A stretch of 64,000 nt of DNA from Moniliella sp. 'wahieum' (Eukaryota). Where the stretch lies: the NCBI GenBank assembly GCA_003971905.1, contig RSEE01000081.1:186001-250000 (forward strand), read 5' to 3'. The number at the start of each line of letters is the position of its first letter. Positions within the stretch are counted from its first letter, which is position 1. The notes under the pieces were generated by a model. The model worked only from the letters and a program-made list of their open reading frames with translations. It was not told where the DNA came from and ran no database searches. The position numbers and the translations under genes are program-made. Of the stretch, positions 37,370 to 50,400 are shown piece by piece.

Positions 37370-39931
37370 ATGTCGGGTACGAGCACAGAACGCGCTACGA
37401 ACCAGAACGCCAATAACGGCTTTATTTCCACCATCTGTCGTCGCCTCAGCCTAACCGCCAACCTTAAATCCCCCCAACTGTCTGCCGGGATTAGCACCCA
37501 GCACCCACACAAGGAGTATGGGCGGTGGCGCAACGTGCTTGGAAGCGGGGCGGGGCGGGGGGTACCGTGCGCTTGGTCAAGCGACCGAGGGACAACCTTA
37601 CGTTTGCCATCAAGGAGTTCCGTCCTATCCAGGAAGGCGAGTCGGAGCGACACTATGTCAACAAAATCACCGCCGAATTTTGTGTCGGCTCAACTTTGGA
37701 CCATATCAACATCCAAGACCACCGACATTTTCCGGTACCAGTCGAGTTACTTTCAGGTGTTTGAGTATGTTCCATACGACCTGTTTGCTGTGACCATGGC
37801 TGGTCGCATGTCCCGCACCGAAGTCTACTGTATATTTCGCCAGATTGTCGATGGGGTGGATTACCTGCACAACCTCGGCTTGGCCCATCGCGATCTCAAA
37901 TTGGACAATTGCGTCATGACGGAGGACAACACGATCAAGATTATTGATTTTGGCACGGCCATTGTCTTCCACAGTCCGGGAAAGAGCAAGGTCTCCGCGG
38001 CAGGCGTAGTGGGATCCGACCCTTACCTTGCACCCGAGGTGATTACCAGTCCAAAGCAGTACGATCCGCGCCTAGCGGACATTTGGTCACTTGGAGTGAT
38101 CTTTCTGTGCCTCTACCTTCGTCGATTTCCTTGGCGATTGCCGGATCCGAACAAGGACCCATGTTTCCGGCAGTACGTGGACGAACACCCGGAGCCCCCC
38201 TACCCTCCCCATTCAAGCTTTGCCGAAATGGTCGCCCAACCGGTATCGAGTCTTTCGTCCGCCCTAGCGTCTCGCGCCGAGGCGGCCATTATCCTCGAAC
38301 CCAAGTCCGGTGGAGGGGAATGCTGCCACCAAGTTCAATCCCGACCTTCTTCCGGCGTTTGACCCAGACGTGGGAGCATCTGTGATGGAGCAAGGGGGAC
38401 CAGGGACGAGGGCGAGCTCGATCAGCAGCCACAGTTCCAGCTCCGAGATGGCGATGAACAACGAGACGCCCAGCACGGCACCGTCTACCGCGCAGAGCAA
38501 ACGCTCGCTGATAACCCTCAAGCACTCACCCCCGTCTAGCTCTGTGCTCCGGTCGGACCGTGACAATCCCACCATCTCTAATCGTACGAAGCAGACGGGA
38601 CGTCCTGGTTCTCGCCCCCTTCCCACCAGTTGTCCTCCTGTGACGAGGAATGCGCACGCGTACCAATCCGACACTGCTTTGTCCCCGGCCATTTGCCCCG
38701 AGACAAGTCGCCACGTCGCTGTATTGAAACTGGAGCCGAACCCAAACGAGTTTCTTCGGCTTCCGAACCAGGACATGCCCACTGAAGTAGTCCGGGCCTT
38801 GGCCGAGCAATCAGGTTACGCGCGATTTGCCCCGCCTCCGTCTCCCGCCTCTCCTCGCGCACCTAGGGGGCCTTTTTCATTGTCTGAAGGCGGGCCTGGC
38901 CCATATGAGGGGATCCCTACCGTCAGCGAGACAGAGTACGAGATGGACGATCCGTTGTACTGCTTCTCCTTCCGAATCGCTGTGGACCCACAGGCCCACA
39001 AGGGAGAGGGCAGAGGTGCTGCGTGCTGAAAGAGTCTCGCAGGGAGTGAGTACGCTCAACCCGAGCCCTGGCTCAGAAACAAGGACCTCAGCGTCGATCA
39101 TGATTCCGAGAAACCGGCGCGGCTCTTCGGGTCGGCCCAACACCGCGTCGGTCCACGTACCATATGATGCACACGGCTGGACCGTGGAGGGAACCGAGCC
39201 CTCGCGCAATGCGGCACTCAATAGCAGGCCAACCGAGGAACTGGCTAGGGCCGGCATGGCTGGTTCGCCTCGGGTCTATCTCCATGGAACTTCGCCCAAG
39301 ACGAGCAAGCAACGTGTGTTGTACCCGTCTACTCCGACCTTGGAGGGCAAGCGGCCCATTCGGCAGCACACGGAGCCCATTCCCCGACCCTCGTGGTGTA
39401 CCACGTCGACGTCCTCAATGGACCGGGTGAAGACTGTGGGCGCAAGGGCCGAAGAGGTGGTCCCCAAGCCCCGCCGCACGACAGTTTATTGAGTCTCGCT
39501 CCGCTCGAGGCACGCCCGGCACTGCAACGCATGCTCATGATCAACCCGGCTCGGCGATGCACACTAGGGGATTTGCTCCGTGGTCCGCGGTACGCAGACA
39601 TTCTTTCGCCACTTCACCATTTGCCTGGGCAGAGAGCAGAAGAGCCACCGGAAGGACTTGTTGGATCATCCACCTTGCCTGGTGCACCTTCACTCTCCCC
39701 GGTGGGGAGTCCCAAACGCGCTCGCTCTGCTCCCAAACTGCGCGGGCTACAGGACCTAGGGGAGACCCAATCCGACCCCTGGCTCACCAGCATCACCACC
39801 TGCTCCTCCCTCTTGCTCGAGGGCAATGGAGAGACACCGTGCCACACCCATCACCACCCGATCCGTCCGGAAGTGCCGGACGAACCGCCGAACGGGGCAA
39901 GGCCTTCCTGCCAGGCCTGTTTACTTCGTAA
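37370..39931 (+). CDS. HAL-family (Hrk1/Ptk2-like) Ser/Thr protein kinase with a large insertion
   Basis: GSGAGGTV, FAIKEFR, KITAEFCVGSTL.H.NI, HRDLKLDN, DFG, GSDPYLAPE, DIWSLG, RRFPW; final subdomain (RMLMINPARRCTL..DPWL) about 1.2 kb later. End at 39931 or 40010 depending on frame. Confidence 0.9.
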
Positions 39932-40352
39932 TGTGGCCCTCGGCCGTCGGCCCTCGCCTGACGCCCGTACACCGCGCAATGATACAAGAACGCGCAAAAG
40001 CGAGTGGTAGGTTGGGACACAGAAGAATATAGACAGAAAAGGCTGAATAGACTGAGCAGAGGAAGGTGCAGTAAGGCTGGGATGGAGCACAATGCCCGTT
40101 GGATTTCCCCGTGTGTTGGTCGACAACACCGGCGTTGGATTGCCACCAAACGCAGATCCAGTGACACCTCTCAGGTACGTGTTCGCTTTCCATGGTACTA
40201 CCTAGAATATTTGGGGTATGTAAAGAGGGGGAGGGGATAGCATGTAATATTGCACAAACACTTTTCGTCTGTCGAGGCTGAGCCACTCGTTGGGAAATGA
40301 GCCGGGGAGGGGGGGGGGAAGGGAGAGGGCAGTGGTGGGCACAATTTAATAC

Positions 40353-42011
40353 TTAGTGGGCCGCCTCAAACTCCAGGCCAGACTCGTGGGTGGGAACAGA
40401 GGATGCGCATAGAGTTGGTCGCACCCTTGCCCGCGCGCCATCCTTGGAGGGCAACAACGGTCGAGCCCGGCTTGAGAATGCCAAGCTGCATCGCCTGGGC
40501 AAAACCAAACTTGATGCGGTTGTCCACATCTTCCTGCCATTTGCCCACAGCCGGACGCGGCTGGGTGTAGAGGAAAGGGTACGTTCCACGGAACAGATGG
40601 CATGCGCGAACGGTCTGGGGGTTGCGTGTCAAGACCAAAACAGGGCACCGCGGGCGGTACTTGGCAACGAGGCGGGCAGTGTTACCTGAGCTCGACATGA
40701 GCAGAATCGCACCGGCGTTTTGTTCCAACGAAGCTGCGACAGCAGCCATGGCCACGGTCTCCTCGGTGTGGGTCGGGGTCTGGATCACTTGCCGCATCTC
40801 ATTGAAGATGGCAGGATACGCCAATGCCGATTCGGCCAACCGTGCCGTCTGGGCCATGGCAGTAACTGCCTCAACAGGGTACAGTCCCTTGGCCGTCTCC
40901 CCCGACAGCATCACACAATCAGCACCGTCGAGCACAGCGTTGAACACGTCCGACACTTCGGCCCGGGTGGGACGGTTGTTCTTTATCATCGACTCGAGCA
41001 TTTGGGTGGCACAAATGACCGGCTTACCAGCCAAGTTGCACTGGGCGATCATCATTTTCTGTAACGAAGCAACAGCACTGGTAAGCAAACTGTACTTACT
41101 ACAACGGGTATAGGGTGGTGTTGAGACGTACCTGGCTCACCGCGACCGCTTCGGCGGGGATTTCAATGCCAAGGTCACCACGGGCGACCATGATGCCATC
41201 GGTCTCCTTGAGAATCTGCGAAAAGTTCTGTACGCCCTGATGAGACTCGATCTTGGAGATAATCTTGAGGTTGGTTCCATCCGGACCCAGAACCTTGCGG
41301 ATGTGCTTGACGTCGTTCGGGGTACGAATAAAGGAAGCAAAAATGTAGTCCAAGTCCTTTGCGACTGCAAAGCGAATGTCCGCTTCGTCCTTGGCCGACA
41401 GGGCAGGCAGATCATCTCGGTCATGGGCAGGTTGACACCTTTTTTGTTGCTCAGCACACCCGCGTTCACAGCACGCACTTTGACCTTGGTCGGCGACTCG
41501 ATGGCGAGCACTTCGAGGGCAAGAATGCCATCGTCAATGTAAATTTTCTTGCCCACGTCGATCATCTTGGGCAAGTTCTTGTAGTCAATGTAGAGGTACT
41601 CGGGGCTGGACTTTTCCGCAAAGGCGTCGTCCGTCGTGACGTAAAACTCGTGGCCTGCCTCGATGGGCGCATCCTCTCCGTTGACCATCATGCCAGTGCG
41701 CATCTCGGGGCCCTTGGTATCGAGCGCAATCGCCAGCGGGCGGCCAGGATACTGAGCCTCGACGTGGCGGGCATTGTCGATGACCGATTGGAAGTACTCG
41801 TGGGTGCCATGCGACGCATTGAGGCGCACCACGTTCATGCCTGCGTCGCGGAGGCCCTGAGGGTGGGCACATTGTTGCTCTTGGGGCCGATGGTGCAGAC
41901 GATGGCCGTCTTGCGGTCGTTGGGGTTGGACGCAGCCTCTTCGAGGCTGAGCGGATCGAGGCCGGCGAGCCACTCGATCTGGGTCATGTTGGCGTTGGGA
42001 GCAAGAGCCAT
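40353..42011 (-). CDS. PYK1: Pyruvate kinase
   Basis: [73 protein letters not shown]; intron 41059-41131. Confidence 0.98.
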
Positions 42012-44105
42012 GGGGGCAGAGGCGGGGCGGGGGGGAGGGGGGCGGTGGTGGTGGTGGTGGTGGTGGCAGGAGCAGAAGAAGAAGGCGCGCGGTGTGGGAG
42101 CCATGAGGGCTGAGGTGAATGGGGCGGCTGGGGCGGCATGGAGCTCAGGGGCGTCGGCGTCATACTGATTGCGGGTGCGGCGGAGGGGTGTTGGATGTAC
42201 TTACACGGTATAATGGGTCTGACAGGTGTCTGACGAGTGACTGCGGATGCATGATGCTTGTTGCCGCGCCCCAGAGTTGGCGGCTGCGCGGAGCTCTGCT
42301 GCGCCGCTGTGCCCCTGGCAGGCGGCACAGGGGCCGCGCGGGCACAACCAACACCGGCACCACGGCCCACTCACGCGTCACGCGTCACGAGTCACTTGCT
42401 AAGTAATCGTCCTAGTCGCCGTCCCTACCGCCTCCCCAGCTGCCCCCCAGCGCGCCTTGTCCAGGCGCAGCGCCCTCCCTTCGTACATCCGCGCTCCGCT
42501 CCGCTCAGCCGGCCGCAGTCGTTTGGCGCGGCTCGCCGTCGCACAGCAGAAACTGGCCACTCCAACCCTCTTCGTCTCCGCCATGAACCAAGTTTCGTGT
42601 GGGCTCGCCCACACTCGGCAGAAAAGGCATGCTGTCCGGCGCACAGCAGAGCCCATCAAGCGCAATGTGCGTACACAGCGCGCCCCTGCTTTCTTCGTTT
42701 GCTTTTTGGTATGTACTTAGCAGTAAATGTGGTGTAGTTGTGGAACCACCACCATCATCGACGTCATCCCACGTGCCCCCGTTCGCCAATCGCGATCTGT
42801 AGTACCAAAATAGTGGCCAGTTGAACATAGTGCACGAAACAGATGGTCAGGCTGTTCGGATCCATACTCTCACATTACCCAGAACGCGCCTTATACCCTT
42901 TCAGGGCGATTGCACGCCCAGGCATTTCCCGCGGGTACAAGATTCCCGCCAATGTTACAACACAGGTATTGGTTGTGCAGTCAAACCTATATGGGGTTGA
43001 TGAACTCTCTCTTCATCAAAAGCCCTGGGGCGCATACTTCGCTTCGCTCAGGAGCACACCACGTGTGCATTCCACGGTACTGCATGGCATGAGGTACGAG
43101 ACTGTCCCCTGGAGACATCAATAAACGTACTGACGACACAGAAGCTTGAATCTGTGCCTTCCCTCCTCGGTGTTATCGGTAATGGTGTCAGTCACCTCTC
43201 AGATCTCAGCCTCGACAGGCAAAGTTGTCTTCGTCATCTGTTCGATCAGGCCACACGTTACAGTTTGGAAGGGGGGTGCTTGACGGACATTGACTTTTGT
43301 CGCGAGGACGAGTGAAAGAGCACAATTTGCGCGGGTCCGGGCTCTATAGAAAAGAGTTTATAATAGTTGGCGTATAAGCAACACATCCGGATGAACGGGT
43401 CAGTTTAGTTTAGGTGCAGCGTTTCGTGGTCCCAGCCTTAAGCTTTGGTCAATGATATATGTGGTTACAGAATAAAAGGCCCACATATAGATGGACGAAG
43501 AGGGTTTAAACACGTTAAACGTTAAACGTGAATGATAATGATTACTCTCGCGGCGTGGCATAGCCCATCTATTGACAAAATGCGTCCACAGCAGGAGTCA
43601 TCTTGAGTCCAACCGTTGATCTTCCATCCTATCGGCCACGAAAAGGAACTCGCTCTTACGCTCCTTCCGCGTGGAGCCTCGAGACCATGGCCAGGCGTCT
43701 CTGTTGCTCTCTCGCTCTCCGTCGCGGCGGTCTACAGATGAAAAGGTCAGTGATATTATCATCGCCGTGCCGTCGAGTTTGGGAGCATATCAATGGTAAT
43801 CCCCTTCTCTCTCTCATTTCTCCTTCTCTTCAGACGTTGCTTGAAGACTTGTGGCTCACCACTTTGCCTTCACGCCTTGTCTGAAGCCTGCTTTGCAGCT
43901 GATCCATAGGACCGCCAGTGCTCCCAAGTCGCACTCTAGCACACTGCTCCATATTTCAACAGCAACAACCAAGGGTGACCGGTGACCGGTGATGCCCAAT
44001 GCGTGGCTGCGACCAGCGGTGATGCTTAGGTCAGCCCCGCGCCGCGTATAGGTCCACCCACGATCCACTGAGCCAGTCCCATTGCCGAGTCCAACCACCC
44101 CCGCC

Positions 44106-46210
44106 ATGGCCGACGCGCTGGCCCAGGCCGCGAGCCACGTAGCAAGCACCGCTGGGGACAACGCAGGCTGCGTGTGCTTCTATCCGCGCACCAGCATGTC
44201 CTAGGCGCCCTCAACAGCGGGGCGTCCCCCAGTTCTGCGGATGAGGAGGCGTGTGCATGTGTGCGGGCGGCCGGGCTGATGCCTGCAGTACTCGCAACGG
44301 CCCATGCGGCACTCCCTCTGCGATCGGGGCGCTAGCTAATGAGTGGACGGGGAATGTGCAGGCCACATTACAGTCTTTGGAGGGGCTTTTGAGGAACGAC
44401 CAGCTTTGGCTTGCTGCCGTGGGTGCTGGCCCCGCAGCTAGCCCGGTACGCGGATCGCTTCGTGACGTCCTTGGGTGACCATCCGGCTTTCTCTCCTCTT
44501 ACGAGCGCCGCCGAGACGTTGTTGGAGCACAGCTTTTCTGTGGGGTCACTTCGGACGCGCCTCCTACGTGGTCTGCCACCCTGCCTGGATCCGCATTTGT
44601 TGCCCATGCCGCCGCGCTGGGGCTGAGCCCTGCTCTGGACCGCACACTGGACATGGTCACGCTCTCTTACATTGATCGTCTGGCCAAGAAGGCCTGCGCC
44701 GACGATGGGGACCGCACAGCGCCCCAGTTGGCGTCAATCGTTTTGATCAGTTCGGGCTGTGGGGGCTTCGCATATCGCCCTCGTCCGAGCGCGGGTTCGG
44801 TCTCAGCTGGCGTGTTTCTTCCGACGATAGCGCTTCCGTTGTCTCTGCTGAAAAGAGTACGGTGGACCAAATAGTAGTGCATGGGATTCTGTCTGCACGA
44901 CTGGTTCAGTTTCGCTCCCTTGTGCTCGCGTTTCCTGCCTCTTCCCCCGCTTGAGGGACATCCAGACGTGCCTTGATGCCTTGGCATCGTATCCTTCAAA
45001 GGCGATTCCGACATATCGCCCAGATGGCGCGCACTCTTCTTGCTTCCTGGCGCACATCCATTCTCCTCCCCGCCACGCCTACCGATGCGCTGGTGGAATT
45101 CTTTGTACTACTGGTCCATGCTTGTCGCGCCACGCTTTCTGAGGGTGGACAGGTCCTGCTCTCCCATCTCGTCCCCCCTTTACGCGCTACGCTCCGCAGC
45201 CGAAGCGATACGATCGACGTGGTGGTGTCGGCACTGCTGGGAAAGGGGGCGGCATGCCAACTACTTCGTCCTGCTTTCAAGCGGGTGTCAAACGGGCATG
45301 ACCTTGATGGGGCAGACGGTCCTAGCGCGCTTGAACCTGATGACCCCGCCGACGAGGATGATTCGGACGATGAGGCGGCGGTGCAGGACAGAGCATGGAA
45401 ACCACGACCGCGCCATGCGGGGCCAGCTTATCGCCGTACAGGCCAGTCAGATGTGGTTGGGTTGCTCGTCTCCATCTTTACCGATCGCCAAGGGTTCGTG
45501 AATGCTCTTGAGCGCGCGTTCGCTACCCAGCTCCTTCACTTGCGAGGGTATGATGCGAGCGATCAGGTACGTCCCCCTAGCTTCTGCTTCTCCCTGCCTT
45601 GCGGTAGCCGATGCTGACGATACAATAGGCCCACCGCTCCAAAGCGTTGAGAGACCGGTTTGGAACGACAGCCTTGTCAAGTATCGACATGATGCTCCTC
45701 GACCTGGAGCGATCCAAGAGTGTCACAGACAAAAACCAGAACGAGATGCAGGTGGAGCCCGTCATTGTGTCGCGACAATGCTGGCCCGACCTGACGGGGG
45801 AAACGCTATTTGGGCCCGAGACGCGCTTGCGCATTCCCGGATGGGATCTGCCATCGACCTTGCGATTACCGGAACGATGGGAGAAGGCGTGGGCTGATTG
45901 GAACCATACCTGGTCCCACGTAGCCAGGGGGCAGCGTGTGTTGCCCCATTGGCGATTGGGTACCGCTGATGTGACACTGACCATGGACGATGGGCGAGTA
46001 CGCAAGTTCGAGGGACTAGATGCGGCGCAGGTGGGTGTGTTGGACCTGGCAGCTGAGCAAACTAACGTGGGTGAACTCTCTGTCTCGTTGGTTATGGAGC
46101 GTCTGGGGCTGGATCGTACCTCCGCTCGGAGGGCTATGTTCTTCTGGTCTGCGCAGGGTGTGTTGAGCGAGGAAGGGGGAGATGTGTTTGTCATTGTCGA
46201 GCATGCATGA
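44106..46210 (+). CDS. APC2: Anaphase-promoting complex subunit 2 (cullin-like)
   Basis: LL.PATPTDALVEFF, LRSRSDTIDVVVSALL, W.PRP..AG, SDVVGLLVSIF, RFG..ALSSIDMMLLDLERS, VIVSRQCWP, FW..QGVL.E; intron 45567-45628. Confidence 0.8.
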
Positions 46211-46260
46211 GCGCACGCGCATCAGAGCCAACTGGTGTTGGTTCCACCTGTGGACCGTAG

Positions 46261-48466
46261 TTAGATGCGCCGCAGTAGCCCCAACCCGTAGAGCCACCCA
46301 TTGGTCGCCCCATACAGTCCTACCACCGCTTCTTTGCCTGCAACGAGAGGGTGCGCTGCCCGCCCCCGGCTCCGCCATACCAGTCGCTCTTGCGCCCACT
46401 TTAGCTCGAGCTGGACCGCATCGAGCCACGCCCCGCTCCGCACGTGGATGGCAGCGAGGTGTTCGCCGGGACCAACGTCGAAGCGGTAGGCGGTGCCCCC
46501 TCCACCTGAGAGTTCACCCCAACGTGTGCCATCTGAGTAGTGGACCTCGATGCCATCCACAAACGCGCCCGCGCGAACGACAAAAGCAGTCAGTTGAACA
46601 GGCGAGTAACTGTCTTTAAATACATGCAACCGCTCAGGGCCGGCGAGTTGACCTGCGAGGAAGCCCTTGGCCAATCCAAAGGGCACCCCGGGCAGACGGA
46701 TGGGCACAACAAAGGCCTGCGTACGATAGTCCTCCACTACCGTCTGCCGCAGGTTGCATCCCACAATGTTGAGACGCACCGTGCGCGACGAAGGTGCAAG
46801 CACATCGTACCCGACCAGCGAGGACATCCACTTGGGATCGAGCAACAGAGAAGAGGGAGGAGCATGTCCGCCCTGCAACCCGGTAAACTCCACATGGGTA
46901 ATCAGGTCACCGTCTCCCCCCTGGCCTTGGGGCTTGGTATAGACCTCAACAGCACCGATTCCACACGCAGCACGGACTTCCAGGCCATTGACCCCGGGCT
47001 CATAGATGGGCTCAGCAGAGCACCACACGCGATACGCCTCGGGCCCACCGTGAGGGTTGTAGAAGGGAAGAGGTGGGTCGGTAGGCAGGGCCTGGGATGG
47101 ATGCCAGCGTCCCCGCACCGCCTGTAGACGGTGAAGGTAGTTCATGCCACTATCGTTGGCTGGAGTGATGGGGTTCACGTTCTCCTCGCCTGGGGCATGT
47201 CGTTGAGTGCGAGCGCCTTCGCGCGTCATAAAGGCCCGGTTCCACTCAACGTACCCGCGGAGCATGATGCCTCCCGGCCAATGGGGGTTATTGAACGCAT
47301 GGCCCACCTCGTGCACAAACGCTCCCGAACCAATATTGAGCGTCTCGAATGCGTACCCGCACTCGCCTAGGTCGTTGACGCAGAACCGCTCGTCCGTCCG
47401 CTCGTGGCTTTGCATTGTCTCCGTCACCTCATCCAGACCACTCGGCGGCCCAGATCCAGTGGCTGCCCATCACGCCAAACGAAAGCCCCCCGGATCGGCG
47501 GAGCCGACCGCGGCATGTCCGCGTAGGAGAGGGATAGAAGGGTCCCAGTGCGTGTCGAGCACAAGGACAGCAATGGGGCCTTGGCGGGCCTGCTTGATGG
47601 CCTGGGGACACTGGGGCGAAGAGAGGGCTTCGTTGGCGAAGCTGTGCATTGCGCCACCATTCTTGGCTTTGGGGTTTTGCTGGGCATTGTCGGGGTCGAG
47701 AAACTCGCGCACCGTGTGGTCCGAGACGAGGATGTGCACAGTAGGGTATTCGCTCACCTCCCGCCGCCGGTTGGCACAAGTAGGTTCGTCGTCCCCTGCG
47801 CTGTCATCAAGAGCAAAGGTCCGCCGACCCAGACTTGGCGGTGCATCTGTTCCCCATGGAACGCTTGCCACAGGTACGCCTGCAGAGCAAAGCGACGCTT
47901 CACTTCGCTCAAGGAACGCAGGCGCTGAGCCTGTTCCCCAGGAGGGGCATCGACCAAGGCACGTGGAGATGCGCCTGAGCTGGTATGGTCGGCGATCTTG
48001 CGTCCCCACTGAGTCAACAGACCCGAATGGGATGAGGTGGGAGGCCCATCCGGGGCACGGAGAGCAGGACTGTCCTTGGCTACCAGGATGGCAAGGTGAA
48101 GCGGCGGAGTTCCTCGGTCCCGCTGGTACCAGATGCTGTAGGGAGCTGGACGAGGCTGGGCTCGCGCTGCTGCCACGCGCGGTCGTCATACAGCAAAATC
48201 TGGGAAGCATGTGTGTACTCGCGCTCGAACAGCTGGAGCGTCAGCTCGTTGGGGCCAGGAGAGAGCGGGACGAGGGCTTTAAACTGGCCGTGGTTGACTT
48301 GCCAGACGAGCGGGTCGTACTTGCCGTCGCGAGAGGTGACGAGAGCGTGCCTTGCGGCGCAGCATAGTTTTCCACCACGCCTTGAAGGATGAGCACGCGC
48401 TGGTAGACCGTCTCGCGGTTGGCCACGTTCTGCACCACGATCTGGGGCACGCCCTTGGCCAAGCAT
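46261..48466 (-). CDS. Putative zinc metalloprotease with a C-terminal jacalin-like lectin domain (YIL108W-like)
   Basis: GQFKALVPLSPGPN, PPLHLAILVAKDSP, RRFALQAYLWQAF.GEQM, HEVGHAFNNPH, GIMLRGY..WNRAF; tail VRAGAFVDGIEV / VRSGAWLDAVQ / VVGLYG. Confidence 0.85.
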
Positions 48467-48762
48467 GGGTGGTGTCGGCTGTCGCAGCGCAGTCGGCGGA
48501 GGAGCGGCGGCAGCTCAGCAAAGCTCAGCCGAAGCGAATGCCCGGGCCCCTGGGTTTCAAATTGCACTTACGACGCACAGACGACTCTCTGCGTGTATAA
48601 CCCTCTCTCTCGCTTAAATACAAAAGCAAACACCCAAGATGATGGCAGCAGCGCCAACACCACACCATCTCCCTGTCCTCTGCCCTACACCTCGAGACGA
48701 CCACCCGCCACACCCCCATTCTCACCTCCCCCATCGCCTCCTTCAGTGCGACAACCAACTAC

Positions 48763-50400
48763 ATGCAGCCAGGACTGACGTCTGCCCGTCTGGAACGACT
48801 CGGAAAGGCCCACTCCTTCACCCGTGACTTCGTCGATGCGCAGCGACTCCGTCAACACTCCCAGGCTCTCCGCCCGGTACCTCTGTGATGCGCACCAGAC
48901 TGGATCCAAATCCACACACGCTGTCTGAAAGCACGAAACCCCGACCTCCAGCACATGAGCGGCGACGCACGGCCAAGTACGAACATGACCCCAGCACGCT
49001 CAAACGTGAGTTCTCCATTTTTCATCTTCCTCCTCTCTCCTCTGATTCGCACTAACACCGATCGACATTGTAGGGATGAACGAGCGCCGGGACAGGCGAA
49101 GGGGCGAGCTCATCTCAACAAGCGCCTTTCTGGTGCTTTTGGACCGGGCCGGCAGAGTTCTCGCCAGATCATGGGTCCGCCCACAAAGCGCAAAGCACCT
49201 ACTGGGAAAGCAAAACAGCAGCGCCTAACGGTACGCACCATCTTTAGACTATTATAGGCCCTGTGATTTCAGCACTGACAAGGAAAACAAGTTGGGCGTT
49301 CCCAATGGCCAACCACGCGTCCAAAGGGTTTCATCAGCATTCTTCGAACCGAGTGGACCATTCGATTCCACTTCTTTGTCCTCAGAGACTACGCTCGAGT
49401 AATCCTATTCGATCCTCCTCTCCCTCACATCTTCGTATGAGAGAAGAAGAGCAGGATAGCTCTATTCGCTCCTTAAGAAATCCCAGATCATTCAGCGTAC
49501 TCCAACGTACTCCACCAGCGAATACCAGAGGGTTGTGAGACGGACGGTTCCGCTCCCTCATCTGGTCCCTGTTCCCCTCATTCGCACAGTCCTTCCAATC
49601 CTACTATCGATACTATCGGCAATTCTGATGAGTGCCAGAATCATGGTGAGGCAGACTCTTCTCCACCACCTGCACCACTTCGCTCAGCGCCAAAGTCGTA
49701 CTTCAGTGGTAACTATTTTACTGCTAACTACACGGTTCCGAATGCTTGGGAACGAGTCGAGACCCCGTGTCACGCTTGGAACTTGAGCGCTGTCGCCGCC
49801 ATCAGTTTCACCCAGGGCTCACAAAGAAGAAGGAGCTCGAACTTCATGACGAGCACAAGGAGGCCAAGTACCAGGCCAGAAGATCAATTGTACAGGTTCA
49901 ACGCATTCCCTACCCATGCAACAAGCTGTGAAAGGGGCGCGGTCTTTCGCGAAAAATGGTACGAAAGATATCCTGCTCTGTTGTACGGGCTCCTAACTAA
50001 CTCTCTATCTCTCCTCCTTGAAGCCCAGTGCGAGGAGGCTGTCCCACGGTCCAGCCAGGTACCAAGAGCCTATGCCTACGCTGCCTTTTTGCCCACAACA
50101 GACACTGGATTTGAGTATTCACAGGGTGACTTTATCCAGTTGCTTCCACCTTCGGAAGTTCCTCCCAACCTGATTGACAGTTGCCTTCCTCCGATGAGCA
50201 AGGCCAAAAATGTTGAATGGGTCGCCCCTTGGCCACTTGAACAAACTCTCCGCGGGTGCCTATCAGTTTTAGCACGACCTCTCCCATGCTGCGGGCAATG
50301 ACGCTACTTGAAGCGCGGGAGTTGCTGGCACGGGGGATTGAGAAGGTTAATACGTGTTTGCACACGCCATGTGTACATCATGCAGGTAGCACATACTGTA
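48763..50400 (+). CDS. Hypothetical spliced gene
   Basis: Three canonical-looking introns (49006-49073 GTGAGT..ACTAAC..TAG; from 49231 GTACGC..ACTGAC; 49959-50023 GTACGA..CTAAC..AAG) linking fragmentary ORFs; no recognisable domain; boundaries are guesses. Confidence 0.35.
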
